Source: an uncultured delta proteobacterium (GTDB lineage Bacteria > Desulfobacterota > Desulfuromonadia > Geobacterales > DSM-12255). Taken from it: 64,000 bases of DNA. Where the stretch lies: contig CAWBBV010000024.1 of the NCBI GenBank assembly GCA_963787125.1, forward strand, positions 32,001-96,000. Reading direction: 5' to 3'. Below the pieces are notes generated by a model. That model saw only the letters and a list, made by a program, of their open reading frames with translations, made no database searches and was not told the origin of the DNA. The position numbers and the translations under genes were made by a program. This document shows, piece after piece, positions 28,321 to 38,388 of the stretch (the first letter of the stretch is position 1; the number at the start of each line of letters is the position of its first letter).

Positions 28321-29610
28321 ATGGAAGCTGTAATGGATAGTCTGGCGTTGTTCAGACAGATGAAGGCATCAGTCAGGGGCTCGGAAAAACATCTGCTAGT
28401 CGGCATCGATGTTGCCAAGAACAAGCACCATGCTTTCTTTGGAACACCCAATGGCAGAACGCTACGCAAGAACATGATCTTTGACAACAGCTTTCAAGGA
28501 TTCGAGAATCTGCGCAGTTTAGCCGGAGATCTCAAGAATCAACATGGCCTGGTCGAGGTTGTGTATGGACTTGAGCCTACAGCCTCCTACCACAAGCCCT
28601 TAGCCGAATATCTGCTGCGACAGAAGGAGCAGGTTGTCTATGTATCCAATGTGGCCGTGGCAAAGAATCGAGCGCTACTGGATGGCCGTTGGGACAAGAA
28701 CGACAAGAAGGATGCCGCCAATGTTGCCGATCTGGTGGGCCAGAGCCGCTGCCTCTTCTATGAGCTACCGCAAGAGAACCTGCGTGAATTACGCAGCCTG
28801 ATTGGTTTCAGGATCAGGCTGAAGAAGGAAGAGCACGCACTGAAAATGCGGCTGAGAAATAATGTTCTTGCCCAGTTCTTTCCCGAACTGGACCAGCTCT
28901 ACATCAAAGCAGGGCAACCGGACGACCTGATTCTTTCAATTGCCGAACATTGTCTGGACCCGAGGGAAATTGCCGGGATGGAGTTCGACGCCTTCCTGAA
29001 GCTCATTACAAAACGCAAGATCAGGATAGAACAGGAAAGACGTCTGCGCGAGCTTTGGGAGACTGCCGGAGAGTCCGTTGGTTGCCTTGTTCATGACGCC
29101 GCCAGATGGGAGGCCAAGAGTCTCGTCTGCCAGCTGAAGTCGGTTCGTGAAACGGTCAAGGGTAATGAGCAGTTGATGGCAAAAGCAGCAAAGCAGTTTT
29201 CTGAATATGAGTGCCTTCTGTCTATTCCCGGATTCGGTCCGATTATTTCGGCCATGGTTCTTGCCGCCATCGGCAATCCTGTCCGGTTTCAGAATCAGGG
29301 ACAGGTAGTGCGTCTGGCCGGACTGGACTTAAGTGCCGAGCGGAGCGGCAAGAACAGCAACAGTGCCAAGCCGGTGATCTCCAAGCAAGGGAAAGCGGCA
29401 CTGCGTTACGCCCTGGTGCAAGCGGCAATGGTTGCCTCCACAGCGAATCCGGTTATCAGGACTTACTTTAGCAAATTAATCAGAGGTCGCGAGCTTGAGC
29501 GCGGCATCAACCTGAAGATGAAAGTCAAGCTGGCGGCAAAGCTTTTGGTTGTGGCCTGGACACTTATGAAGAAGAGAGAACCATTTAATCCTTCCTGCTT
29601 CACGGGATAA
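28321..29610 (+). CDS. IS110-family DEDD recombinase/transposase
   Basis: VGIDVAK, GLEPT, KNDKKDA (DEDD tetrad), SIPGFG, RSGK, ISKQG...LRYAL. Confidence 0.93.
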   Translation: MEAVMDSLALFRQMKASVRGSEKHLLVGIDVAKNKHHAFFGTPNGRTLRKNMIFDNSFQGFENLRSLAGDLKNQHGLVEVVYGLEPTASYHKPLAEYLLRQKEQVVYVSNVAVAKNRALLDGRWDKNDKKDAANVADLVGQSRCLFYELPQENLRELRSLIGFRIRLKKEEHALKMRLRNNVLAQFFPELDQLYIKAGQPDDLILSIAEHCLDPREIAGMEFDAFLKLITKRKIRIEQERRLRELWETAGESVGCLVHDAARWEAKSLVCQLKSVRETVKGNEQLMAKAAKQFSEYECLLSIPGFGPIISAMVLAAIGNPVRFQNQGQVVRLAGLDLSAERSGKNSNSAKPVISKQGKAALRYALVQAAMVASTANPVIRTYFSKLIRGRELERGINLKMKVKLAAKLLVVAWTLMKKREPFNPSCFTG

Positions 29611-29900
29611 CCACCCTAGAGGCAGGCAGTAGGCGAGATAAGCCCGTTTAACAACGTAGAGGCAGCAATGACCTCGGGAGGGACAATACCGGGCATCTCA
29701 CTAAAATCTTGGAGCTTTGATAAGGAATGATAGACAACCCAGTTCCCGATGCGGGCGGGGGATGTCGGATACAAGTAACGATTAAGCTCAAGGTTTGCCG
29801 TAAGTGAGAGACTCGCCATTTCACCAAAGCAAGGGATAGCTGCGCCCGCAATCCGCAAAGATGACTAACTATTTGATTTTAAAAGAGCGATATTTTCAGT
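29611..29900 (+). ncRNA. Candidate bridge/seek RNA encoded in the IS right end
   Basis: Stem, two-sided internal loop and GCAA-capped stem at 29635-29699. Second long-range stem GCGGGCG(29751-57)/CGCCCGC(29843-49). Confidence 0.5.
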
Positions 29901-29962
29901 TGACAGGTGGACTATAGAATGTCCCCTTTGGCTCCCACAGGTGATCCGGGCTTACGGGACTT

Positions 29963-29993
29963 GAGCCGTGAAGGGAAACTTTCATGTACGGTT
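29963..29993 (+). other. Group II intron domain V relic
   Basis: GAGCCG-TGAAGG-GAAA-CTTTCA-TG-TACGGTT matches the DV pattern (AGC triad, GAAA tetraloop, bulge) with about 2 nt missing. Confidence 0.65.
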
Positions 29994-30083
29994 GGGGATA
30001 GACTTACTAACTTAATGTTCATCCGGAAACTCACTAAGAAATGAATTTACCTTCTGAATGACTGAAGGTATAATATCTATACC

Positions 30084-30344
30084 ATGATATTCGAGTTCGA
30101 TTCTGAAAAAAGTGTTACCAACAAACTGAAGCACGGAATCGATTTCCGTGAGGCACAGGAGTTGTGGGACGACCTTGACTACATAGAGATCCCGGTAACT
30201 GCGGTCGATGAGCCTCGGTATCTGGTAATAGGGAAAATCAGCGGCAAGCACTGGTCAGGAGTGGTAACGTATAGAGGTGAGAGTGTCAGAATTATCTCGG
30301 TACGCAGATCTCGGAAGGAGGAGGTCAATATCTATGAAAGCTAG
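30084..30344 (+). CDS. BrnT-family type II toxin
   Basis: FEFDSEKS..NKLKHGIDF, E.RY.VIG, RIISVRR. Confidence 0.88.
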   Translation: MIFEFDSEKSVTNKLKHGIDFREAQELWDDLDYIEIPVTAVDEPRYLVIGKISGKHWSGVVTYRGESVRIISVRRSRKEEVNIYES

Positions 30345-30558
30345 GGAATTTGATGAAAAATTCGATGACAACGAGGATATTTCCGACTTTCTCGATGTCT
30401 CCAAGGCCCATCGCCCCGAACAGGAGCAGAAGCGGGTGAATGTCGATTTCCCGCTCTGGATGATTCACCAGCTGGACAGGGAAGCAAAGCGCCTCGGGGT
30501 ACCCCGGCAGTCCATCATTAAAGTCTGGGTGTCTGAACGGCTCAAAAAAGTGGCCTGA
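30334..30558 (+). CDS. BrnA/CopG-type antitoxin
   Basis: Overlaps the toxin 3' end. GGAGG RBS. KRVNVDFP...LDREAKRLGVPRQSIIK RHH. Confidence 0.85.
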   Translation: MKAREFDEKFDDNEDISDFLDVSKAHRPEQEQKRVNVDFPLWMIHQLDREAKRLGVPRQSIIKVWVSERLKKVA

Positions 30559-30602
30559 TCCTGTCCACTCTAAATAAACCCCGCTTTTAGCGATGATTTC
30601 CT

Positions 30603-30631
30603 AAAAACCCGGCCAGACTCCGGGTTTTTTT
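30603..30631. terminator. Bidirectional terminator after the TA pair
   Basis: AAAAACCCGG-7nt-CCGGGTTTTTTT. Confidence 0.7.
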
Positions 30632-30668
30632 GTGTGCAGGGCTGACCCCAGGCCGGAGCCGGCTGAAG

Positions 30669-30705
30669 TCACGCTAAGGCCCTGCACGTGAGGACCTTAG
30701 CGTGA
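30669..30705. repeat. Hairpin immediately 3' of gdhA
   Basis: TCACGCTAAGG...CCTTAGCGTGA, perfect 11-bp arms. Confidence 0.6.
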
Positions 30706-30718
30706 ATCTGGCACTTGG

Positions 30719-31795
<1,077 letters not shown>

Positions 31796-32014
31796 TTAAA
31801 ATATGAGCACTTAATACTTGAATAACTTAAATATTGCAAATATTTTAATCTGGTGTGTTCAATTAATGCAAAAATAAAAAGCACAAGCGTGTATGTGTAG
31901 CCTTAATAAATCCTTGTATGGCTAAATTATAGGCAACATTATCGACTAAAATGTGTTGGAGTCATAAAATGCGCCTAAACTTGAAGCACATTAGTTGATG
32001 GCAAATGCTAAGAA

Positions 32015-33685
32015 GTTTCCATCCGGAAAGATAACCGGATGAAATTGTTAAGATATTTTGCATAAAGTGGTTCAGTTTTATCTCGTTTTATGCTATCCTG
32101 CAAACCATAACAAGCTGTAAACATTACACATTATGGTTTCAGGGGTACTCCGGATGCGACAAAAACTGACACGACAGATGAGCCTTTTCTCTGTCACCAT
32201 GCGTCACGATATTGGTAAAGAGTTGGCAGCAATTTCTTCAATTCTCGACGCCACTCCCCAGATGCTTGATCTGGTGTTCTCCGACCTGACAAGAGAGTCT
32301 CGTCAGGATACCGGCCGGGAGGGACTGACCGCAGAACAGGTGCTGCGCTGCGTTGTCCTGAAACAGTTTCGCAGCCTCTCTTATGAAGAGCTCGCGTTTC
32401 ATCTTGAAGATTCCAAATCCTTTCGTGCCTTTGCCCGACTGGAGATGGGACAGTATCCGTCGTCATCGACTCTTCAGGAAAACATCAAGCCGCTTTCCGA
32501 AGAGACCTGGGAGGCAGTTCATATCTGCCTCATGCAGTATGCCATGGAAGCCGGCATAGAAACCGGTCGTAAAGTCAGGATTGACTCGACCGTTGTCGAA
32601 AGTAACATTCATGATCCCTCTGATTCCACCTTGCTCTGGGATGGGATCAGGGTCATCACCCGTTGGCTTGAGGAGGGTCATGCCCTTACTCCCCGTCCTG
32701 ACTACAGCTATTGCGACCATTGCCGTGTTGTCAAGAAACGGCTTATGGTGATTCTCAACGCCAAGAAACAAGAGGATAGAGTCTCGGCCTATCGTGACAT
32801 GACGCACTACGCGGGCAAGGTTGTCGGCTATGCCAATAAAGCGATTCCGGCTCTGCAGGCGTACCAGGCAAACGGTCTTGGTGACATGCTTGCAGCCATG
32901 AATCTTGCCGCACAGCTGAAACGGGCAGTGGGTCTACTGGAAAAGGTTATCAGTCAGACCGAACGACGGGTATTCCATAACGAGAAGGTGCCGGCATCAG
33001 ATAAAGTGACATCCTTCTTTGAGGACCACACCGACATCATCGTCAAGAAGAGGCGTGAGACCCACTTCGGCCACAAGATATTTCTGACCGGCGGCAAGTC
33101 CAACCTGATCCTTGACTGCCTGATTGCCAAAGGCAACCCGGCTGACTCGGATCAATACATCCCTATGCTGGAGCGGTACAAAGGGGTCTTCCGCAGGGTG
33201 CCGCGCCAGGTAAGTGCTGATGGTGGCTTTGCATCGAAGGATAACCTGACGGAAGCAAAAGGCCTTGGCGTAAAAGACGCTGTTTTTGCCAAGAAGCGCG
33301 GGTTATCGGTAATCGACATGGCCAAGAGTTCCTGGGTGTACAAGAAGTTGCGGAACTTCCGTGCCGGTATCGAAGCCAACATCTCCACACTCAAGAGAGC
33401 TTTCGGGCTTGACCGCTGCACCTGGAAAGGTTGGGAAGGATTCAGACGTTATGTCTGGAGTTCGATCTTTGCCTACAACCTTCAGGTCATAGCCCGGATC
33501 AAGCTGGAAGCGGCTTAAAAAGGCAAAAGCAGCAGCGAAAAGCATCTCGACGGGTGTAGTGCGTCATTAAATTGAGAAAGAGCAGATAAAACTGGTTACG
33601 TGGTAGTCAAAATCTTCCGAAGCAGAGACTGCCAACAGCGACCGGAGGTCCAGTACGTCTTAAACTGGGGTTTCCGGATGGACAC
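32015..33685 (+). mobile_element. Complete DDE insertion sequence (ISNCY/IS5-like), 1671 bp
   Basis: TIRs GTTTCCATCCGGAAA / TTTCCGGATGGACAC (14/15). Direct repeat TAAGAA at 32009-14 and 33686-91. Confidence 0.9.
32133..33518 (+). CDS. DDE transposase (start may be 32154)
   Basis: RIDSTVVE, SADGGF, FRAGIEANISTLKR. Confidence 0.9.
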   Translation: MVSGVLRMRQKLTRQMSLFSVTMRHDIGKELAAISSILDATPQMLDLVFSDLTRESRQDTGREGLTAEQVLRCVVLKQFRSLSYEELAFHLEDSKSFRAFARLEMGQYPSSSTLQENIKPLSEETWEAVHICLMQYAMEAGIETGRKVRIDSTVVESNIHDPSDSTLLWDGIRVITRWLEEGHALTPRPDYSYCDHCRVVKKRLMVILNAKKQEDRVSAYRDMTHYAGKVVGYANKAIPALQAYQANGLGDMLAAMNLAAQLKRAVGLLEKVISQTERRVFHNEKVPASDKVTSFFEDHTDIIVKKRRETHFGHKIFLTGGKSNLILDCLIAKGNPADSDQYIPMLERYKGVFRRVPRQVSADGGFASKDNLTEAKGLGVKDAVFAKKRGLSVIDMAKSSWVYKKLRNFRAGIEANISTLKRAFGLDRCTWKGWEGFRRYVWSSIFAYNLQVIARIKLEAA

Positions 33686-33934
33686 TAAGAAATAATTAAG
33701 GGGCAACTCTCCATTCCACATTTATTACCTGAGAAGATGGAAGCGGGAGCCATTTGGAGTACATTCTATAGTTCACCTGTTAACTGAAAATGTTGCTCTT
33801 TTAAATCAGATGCTTAGTCATTCATTTATGGTTGCGGGCGCAGTTGCCCGCTGCTCTCAATAGTGCTGATGGCAGATTCACGCTTCTGTGCTATTGTTAT
33901 CTTCGTGCTGTTTTTGTGTGAAAAGGAGGCTGTT

Positions 33935-34897
33935 GTGAGAAAGCTCGGAGCAGTAGTTATGCAGGTTCTGTTGGTCGCAATTCTTGGCGGCTGTGCCTTT
34001 GTCAATGTGCCGCTTTTGCCGCAGCCCATGCCCCTGGAGGAACAGGTGCTTGAAGGCGACGGCACCGGGAAGATTCTGCTGGTCGATATCAGCGGCACCA
34101 TCTCCGAGCAGGAAACGTCCGCTGGCCTGCTGGGGCAGGCGGGACCGTCGATGGTGTCAACGCTTCACGAGGCACTCCAGAAGGCTGAAAAGGACAAACG
34201 GATCGTTGGTCTGATTCTGCGCATCAACTCCCCGGGCGGCACGGTTACTGCCAGCGATGTCATTCATCACGACATCATTAATTTCAAAAAACGCAAACAG
34301 GTTCCGGTGGTTGCCTGCATTATGGGGGTTGGCGCTTCAGGCGGGTATTATATCGCTGCGGCTGCGGATGAGATCGTTGCCCACCCTACGGCTATTACCG
34401 GCAGTATCGGCGTGATCATGATGAAGTTTAATGTGGAAGGGTTGATGGGCCGGATCGGCGTTGAAGAGCAGACCGTCAAGTCGGGTGACAAGAAGGACAT
34501 TATGTCCCCTTTCCGCCGGGCAACTCCGGAGGAGGTCAAGTTGGGGCAGGAGATTATAGATCAACTGTATGCCCGCTTCCTGGACGTGATCATGGCCCGA
34601 CCGGGCAACAGCCTGTCACGGGAAGAGCTGCGCAGGCTGGCAGACGGTCGTATCTATACCGCCGCCCAGGCGCTGGAAGGGAAGCTGATCGACAGGGTCG
34701 GCTATCTGGACGACGTCATCGCTTCGGTCAGAAAAACGGCTGGAGACGACAACGCCCGGGTGATTGGTTACTACCGTCCCGGTACCTACAAGGGGAGTAT
34801 TTATGCCGATGCCGGCGAGAAGGGGGGAGCACTGAAGCTGTTTAGCGGGCTGGACGCTTTTGCTGCCGGGAGTTTCATGTATCTGTGGCAGCCTTAA
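33935..34897 (+). CDS. sppA: Signal peptide peptidase SppA (36K type, S49), lipoprotein
   Basis: AGGAGG before GTG 33935. Lipobox LGGC. LRINSPGG, ASGGYYIA, TGSIGV, KSGDKKD. Confidence 0.9.
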   Translation: MRKLGAVVMQVLLVAILGGCAFVNVPLLPQPMPLEEQVLEGDGTGKILLVDISGTISEQETSAGLLGQAGPSMVSTLHEALQKAEKDKRIVGLILRINSPGGTVTASDVIHHDIINFKKRKQVPVVACIMGVGASGGYYIAAAADEIVAHPTAITGSIGVIMMKFNVEGLMGRIGVEEQTVKSGDKKDIMSPFRRATPEEVKLGQEIIDQLYARFLDVIMARPGNSLSREELRRLADGRIYTAAQALEGKLIDRVGYLDDVIASVRKTAGDDNARVIGYYRPGTYKGSIYADAGEKGGALKLFSGLDAFAAGSFMYLWQP

Positions 34898-35030
34898 ATT
34901 CGCCCAGATAGTGGCGCCAGTTATTTTCACTCATAACCTCGGGCGAATTGATTTATAGTTACCGGTTAAATGAAAGGAATGATCTTTTTAGATTCAACGA
35001 TGTGAGCATTGCTACCGGAGGTTGGATATG

Positions 35031-35145
35031 GTATTGAATTGACAAAATTTTTGCCCTTTTGTGGAGAATGTGATGTCGTTGTTAATAACGTTGTGAACTT
35101 GTAAGCATGCCGCTCTGCCAGGAATTCCGGTGGGGCGGTTTTTTT
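35031..35145 (+). repeat. Dispersed ~110-bp element copy 2
   Basis: GTATTGAATTGACA, GGAG 35063, ATG 35073 MSLLITL*, GCCGCTCTGCC...GGTGGGGCGGT plus T-run. Confidence 0.7.
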
Positions 35146-35225
35146 CAGTAAGCGCAGCAGTCTAAAAAAGGGGAGTATGTTGTCAGGTTTGTTGCGCAGA
35201 TAGGGCCTTTTTAACTGGAGGTGGT

Positions 35226-35816
35226 ATGTTGTTACTCTGGAAAATATTTATTCTTTATACTCGTGTCGCCCTGTTTTCCTGGGGTGGCGGACCCGCGTCG
35301 CTTGCTCTTATGCAGCGTGAAACTACTGCGGCTCTCTGGGTTCCGCCCGGAGCAATAGAAGCGGTGCCCTGGGTTACCCCCCTTGAATTCTCTGATGCTG
35401 TTGCGCTGGGAAATGCCTTGCCCGGACCGGTTGCTCCGCAGGTGTCGGCTTATGTGGGGTACAAACTGGCAGGTGTGCCCGGTGCTGTTGCGGCCGCAAC
35501 CGGCACAGTGCTCCCCACTACCGTGCTGATGCTGATCATGATTGTCTATTTCTTTAAAATCAAGGACAGCATCCTGATCCAATCAATGCTGCGGGCCGTG
35601 CGACCAGTAGTGGTAGGCCTGTTGCTCTGGACAGCCTACGATATGGCTTATACGGTTTTCGGGGTCAATAAATTTGGATTTTCCGGCTCCATGACAATGG
35701 GTTGGGATAAGCTTCTCTTTGTTCTGGTCGCATTCGTTTTGCTAACCATGACCAGAATCAATCCGGCTTTTGTCATCTTTGGCGCAGCGGCGCTGGGTGG
35801 AGTGATTTATCGCTAG
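35226..35816 (+). CDS. Short-chain chromate transporter (CHR family)
   Basis: FSWGGG, ALPGPVA..VSAYVGY, RPVVVGL. Confidence 0.88.
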   Translation: MLLLWKIFILYTRVALFSWGGGPASLALMQRETTAALWVPPGAIEAVPWVTPLEFSDAVALGNALPGPVAPQVSAYVGYKLAGVPGAVAAATGTVLPTTVLMLIMIVYFFKIKDSILIQSMLRAVRPVVVGLLLWTAYDMAYTVFGVNKFGFSGSMTMGWDKLLFVLVAFVLLTMTRINPAFVIFGAAALGGVIYR

Positions 35817-35850
35817 CTTTGTAACGATAGAGGCGGTCAAGGTTAAAACG

Positions 35851-35888
35851 AATCGCCCGGAGCATTAAAATGCTACCGGGCGGTTTTT
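35851..35888. terminator. Terminator between convergent genes
   Basis: AATCGCCCGG-AGCAT..ATGCT-ACCGGGCGGTTTTT. Confidence 0.65.
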
Positions 35889-35906
35889 GTATTAGATTGT
35901 GTTGTT

Positions 35907-37370
35907 TCAGTGTTCAAGTTGAAAGTTGTCAGTGCAATGCGATGTCGGATATGTACTGCCTGTACATTGATATTTGTTTCGCTGCACGGTGAAACCGTAT
36001 TTTTTTGCTATGTCTACCTCTGTCCAGATGCCATAGCCGCAAAGAAAGACTCTTGCCTCGCCACCACTGCCATCTTTTCTGGTTATTGTCCGCATCCCGT
36101 CGGAGGATCGTGGTTTGGAACAGCCAGCATATCCCAGTTGTTTCTCCAGAGTATCATCAGATAAGATTGTATCCTGACCCGGACCATCACAGCGCCAGTG
36201 ATCTTTATTGCGTTTACCCTGCCAGCAGATAGCAATCGCTTCAATCTGTTCCGGGCCGTATATCACTTTTTTCTTTTTTGTTTCGGCGTTTTTTTCTTTC
36301 ACCGGTTCTCTTTTGGTTCCACCCGCTTCCGGGGAGTCGTAGCCTGTAGCAATTTTTCTGGTCAGTTTATCACGTTGAGGTTGATTTTTAGCTTGTTGAT
36401 TCACCTTTCGTTGCAACTCTTCTTCTTGTTTCTGTTGAGTCCGCTGTTTTGCTGCTAATTGCGCCTTTGCTTCCTGGCGTTTTTTTTCCTGATTTTCCGC
36501 TGTAACCTCTGCTTGTGCCTGTTTTGCCTGAGTTTTTTTAGCTTGTTGTTCTTGCGCGGCCTGCAGTGCCTGCCGATTGCGTTCCTCCTGCTGGGCGCGT
36601 CGATTTGCCGCAGCCTGTTCAAGAGCACGATTTTTCCTGTCTTGGGCTGCTTGTTCATCACGGGCTTTTTGTGCCCGAATTTCCTCCAGCTTGACTTTCT
36701 GCTCTTGCCTCCGCTCGGCAATAACCTGGTCTGTTGTAGCTTGCATAGCGCTGGCGTCATTGTTATAGACGCTTCTCATTGCCGAGTCCATCACCCTGGT
36801 TTGCTGCTCCGCGCTGTATCCTCTGGTTGCGTATCCTGCATAAGCACCGGCGCCGACGGTGGCGGCGGCTCTGATAAAGTCCCCAAAACCAGAACCTGAA
36901 CTGCTTTGCGCTCGGGATTCGCGTGCCTGTTGCTCCTGCTCTGCCTGTACCCGTTGCTGCTCAGCCTGTATTTGCCGCTCTTGTTCGGCCTGGGCCTGCC
37001 GTTCGATGCGAGCAGCCTCTGCCAGTTCTATCTGCAACTGCTGCTCGATACGGGCGGTTTCTGCCAGCTCTTCCTGGACGGCTTTGCGTTCTTCCGCAAG
37101 ACTCTGTTTAATCAGTCGCAGAGATTGTTTATCCTTTGAAGTGACAACGTATTTGGCCGCCTTGGCAATTTTCTTTTCTGCGCAGGCAAAATCGCGAGTT
37201 TGGATGCAAACGTTTGCTTTTTCATACTCTTCGATAAAATCCAGGTGATCCAGTTGATCGAGCTGATCAATCATTTTCTTCTGCTGCACCGTCATGGCCA
37301 GCGTCGGCAGCGAACTGAATACAATTAAACTGACAATCAAAATGAGTCGTAACGACTTATTGAAATTCAT
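35907..37370 (-). CDS. Exported Q/E/A-rich coiled-coil protein with a Cys-rich C-terminal domain, function unknown
   Basis: Signal peptide ending ..TLA, long helical repeats, Gly/Ala hydrophobic segment, six Cys in the last ~105 aa. Confidence 0.75.
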   Translation of the reverse strand: MNFNKSLRLILIVSLIVFSSLPTLAMTVQQKKMIDQLDQLDHLDFIEEYEKANVCIQTRDFACAEKKIAKAAKYVVTSKDKQSLRLIKQSLAEERKAVQEELAETARIEQQLQIELAEAARIERQAQAEQERQIQAEQQRVQAEQEQQARESRAQSSSGSGFGDFIRAAATVGAGAYAGYATRGYSAEQQTRVMDSAMRSVYNNDASAMQATTDQVIAERRQEQKVKLEEIRAQKARDEQAAQDRKNRALEQAAANRRAQQEERNRQALQAAQEQQAKKTQAKQAQAEVTAENQEKKRQEAKAQLAAKQRTQQKQEEELQRKVNQQAKNQPQRDKLTRKIATGYDSPEAGGTKREPVKEKNAETKKKKVIYGPEQIEAIAICWQGKRNKDHWRCDGPGQDTILSDDTLEKQLGYAGCSKPRSSDGMRTITRKDGSGGEARVFLCGYGIWTEVDIAKKYGFTVQRNKYQCTGSTYPTSHCTDNFQLEH

Positions 37371-37406
37371 CGGTTTCCCCCCGGCATTGAATAAATTGAC
37401 CTTTCA

Positions 37407-38388
37407 TCACAGCTGTTTTAATAAATCCAGGTTGACGATACTCTCTTCCCAATAGTGAGAGAACTCATTCATCTTTTCCCACTGTGCGGATTTTGCGTCC
37501 TTAATGCCGGCAATCGCTTCGTGGAGGAGATTCCTGCTCCGGGGCGAGTTACATGTCGATACCTGAACAGGGGGGGCAGGTACTTCGTTGTTGCCCGGAA
37601 TGCCCATTAGTCGCTGCAGGGGACTGGCGTGCTGCCGAATGGGCGTAAGCAGGCAGTCATCAAATATTTTGGCATGTTCACTGTCCAGTTGGGTGTGAAT
37701 ACTGTCTGTTTTAGCCAGAAAATCCTGCTGCTCAAAATATTTAGCCCCTTCGATCATCGTCATTCGCTCGCTACGCAAAACGGCGTACTCTTCCAGCATG
37801 ATTTGCGCTTCACGCAAGTGCTTATCAGCTGCAAGTCGGAGTAAATACTGATCGTCAGCGGCCCGATCCTGACGACGCTTGACTGGATTTATTTGCAGAT
37901 AATTGTCCAGATCTTTGAACAGCGGCGACTTCATCGCTGCGCTGACTTCAGTTATGGCGCGATCATAAAATTGCCTGGTGCTGGAGAAATAATAGCCTTC
38001 GCGTTCGGCAATAGCCGGTTAACGCTACCGCATATGCTTGCTGCAGTTGCAGATTTTCACCGTTGACGGCGTTGTGCAACTTTTCAAATTCTGTATCTGC
38101 CAGCAAGGCCGGATTGATGTTTTTAGTCAGGATATCGAAAAGTATCGTTTTGGGCTCTTGCGGTTCTGAGTGATTTGGCAATTCTGTTTGATCAGCATGG
38201 TCCACCCGTGCTTCTCCTGCCTGCTTGATTGCACTCTGCAGTTCGCTCGGTGCATCTCGTAAGACGCTCTGCAACTGTTGCCAGTTTTGCATCGAGATCG
38301 GTGCTGGCGTTTTTTGCATGTTTTGCCAGGAAGTTGTTGCGCAGCCGCCTGTCAATAGTGCCATTAACACAATTACAAGACGACTCAT
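37407..38388 (-). pseudogene. Hypothetical lipoprotein apparently split by a frameshift near 38020
   Basis: Lipobox TGGC in the 38388 ORF. The frame of the 37934 ORF is open upstream to ~38018 (PAIAEREGYY...) and its ATG lacks an RBS. Confidence 0.55.

Larger units (their letters stand above)
28232..29918 (+). mobile_element. IS110-family insertion sequence with a long 3' non-coding end (IS1111-like layout); left end uncertain (about 28232 or 28262)
   Basis: IS110 transposase. TATAGA at 28232 and 29913. Imperfect IR 28265-28283/29901-29919 (15/19). Outward-facing TTGACA at 29900. Confidence 0.7.

Noticed and set aside
29930..30020. Functional group II intron, retron or DGR
   Set aside because: No reverse transcriptase, no other intron domains and no template/variable repeat pair were seen in the window.
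35907..37370. TolA/TonB assignment for the coiled-coil protein
   Set aside because: The similarity is only compositional. It has a cleavable-looking signal and a Cys-rich C-terminus, and no tolQR/exbBD neighbours.
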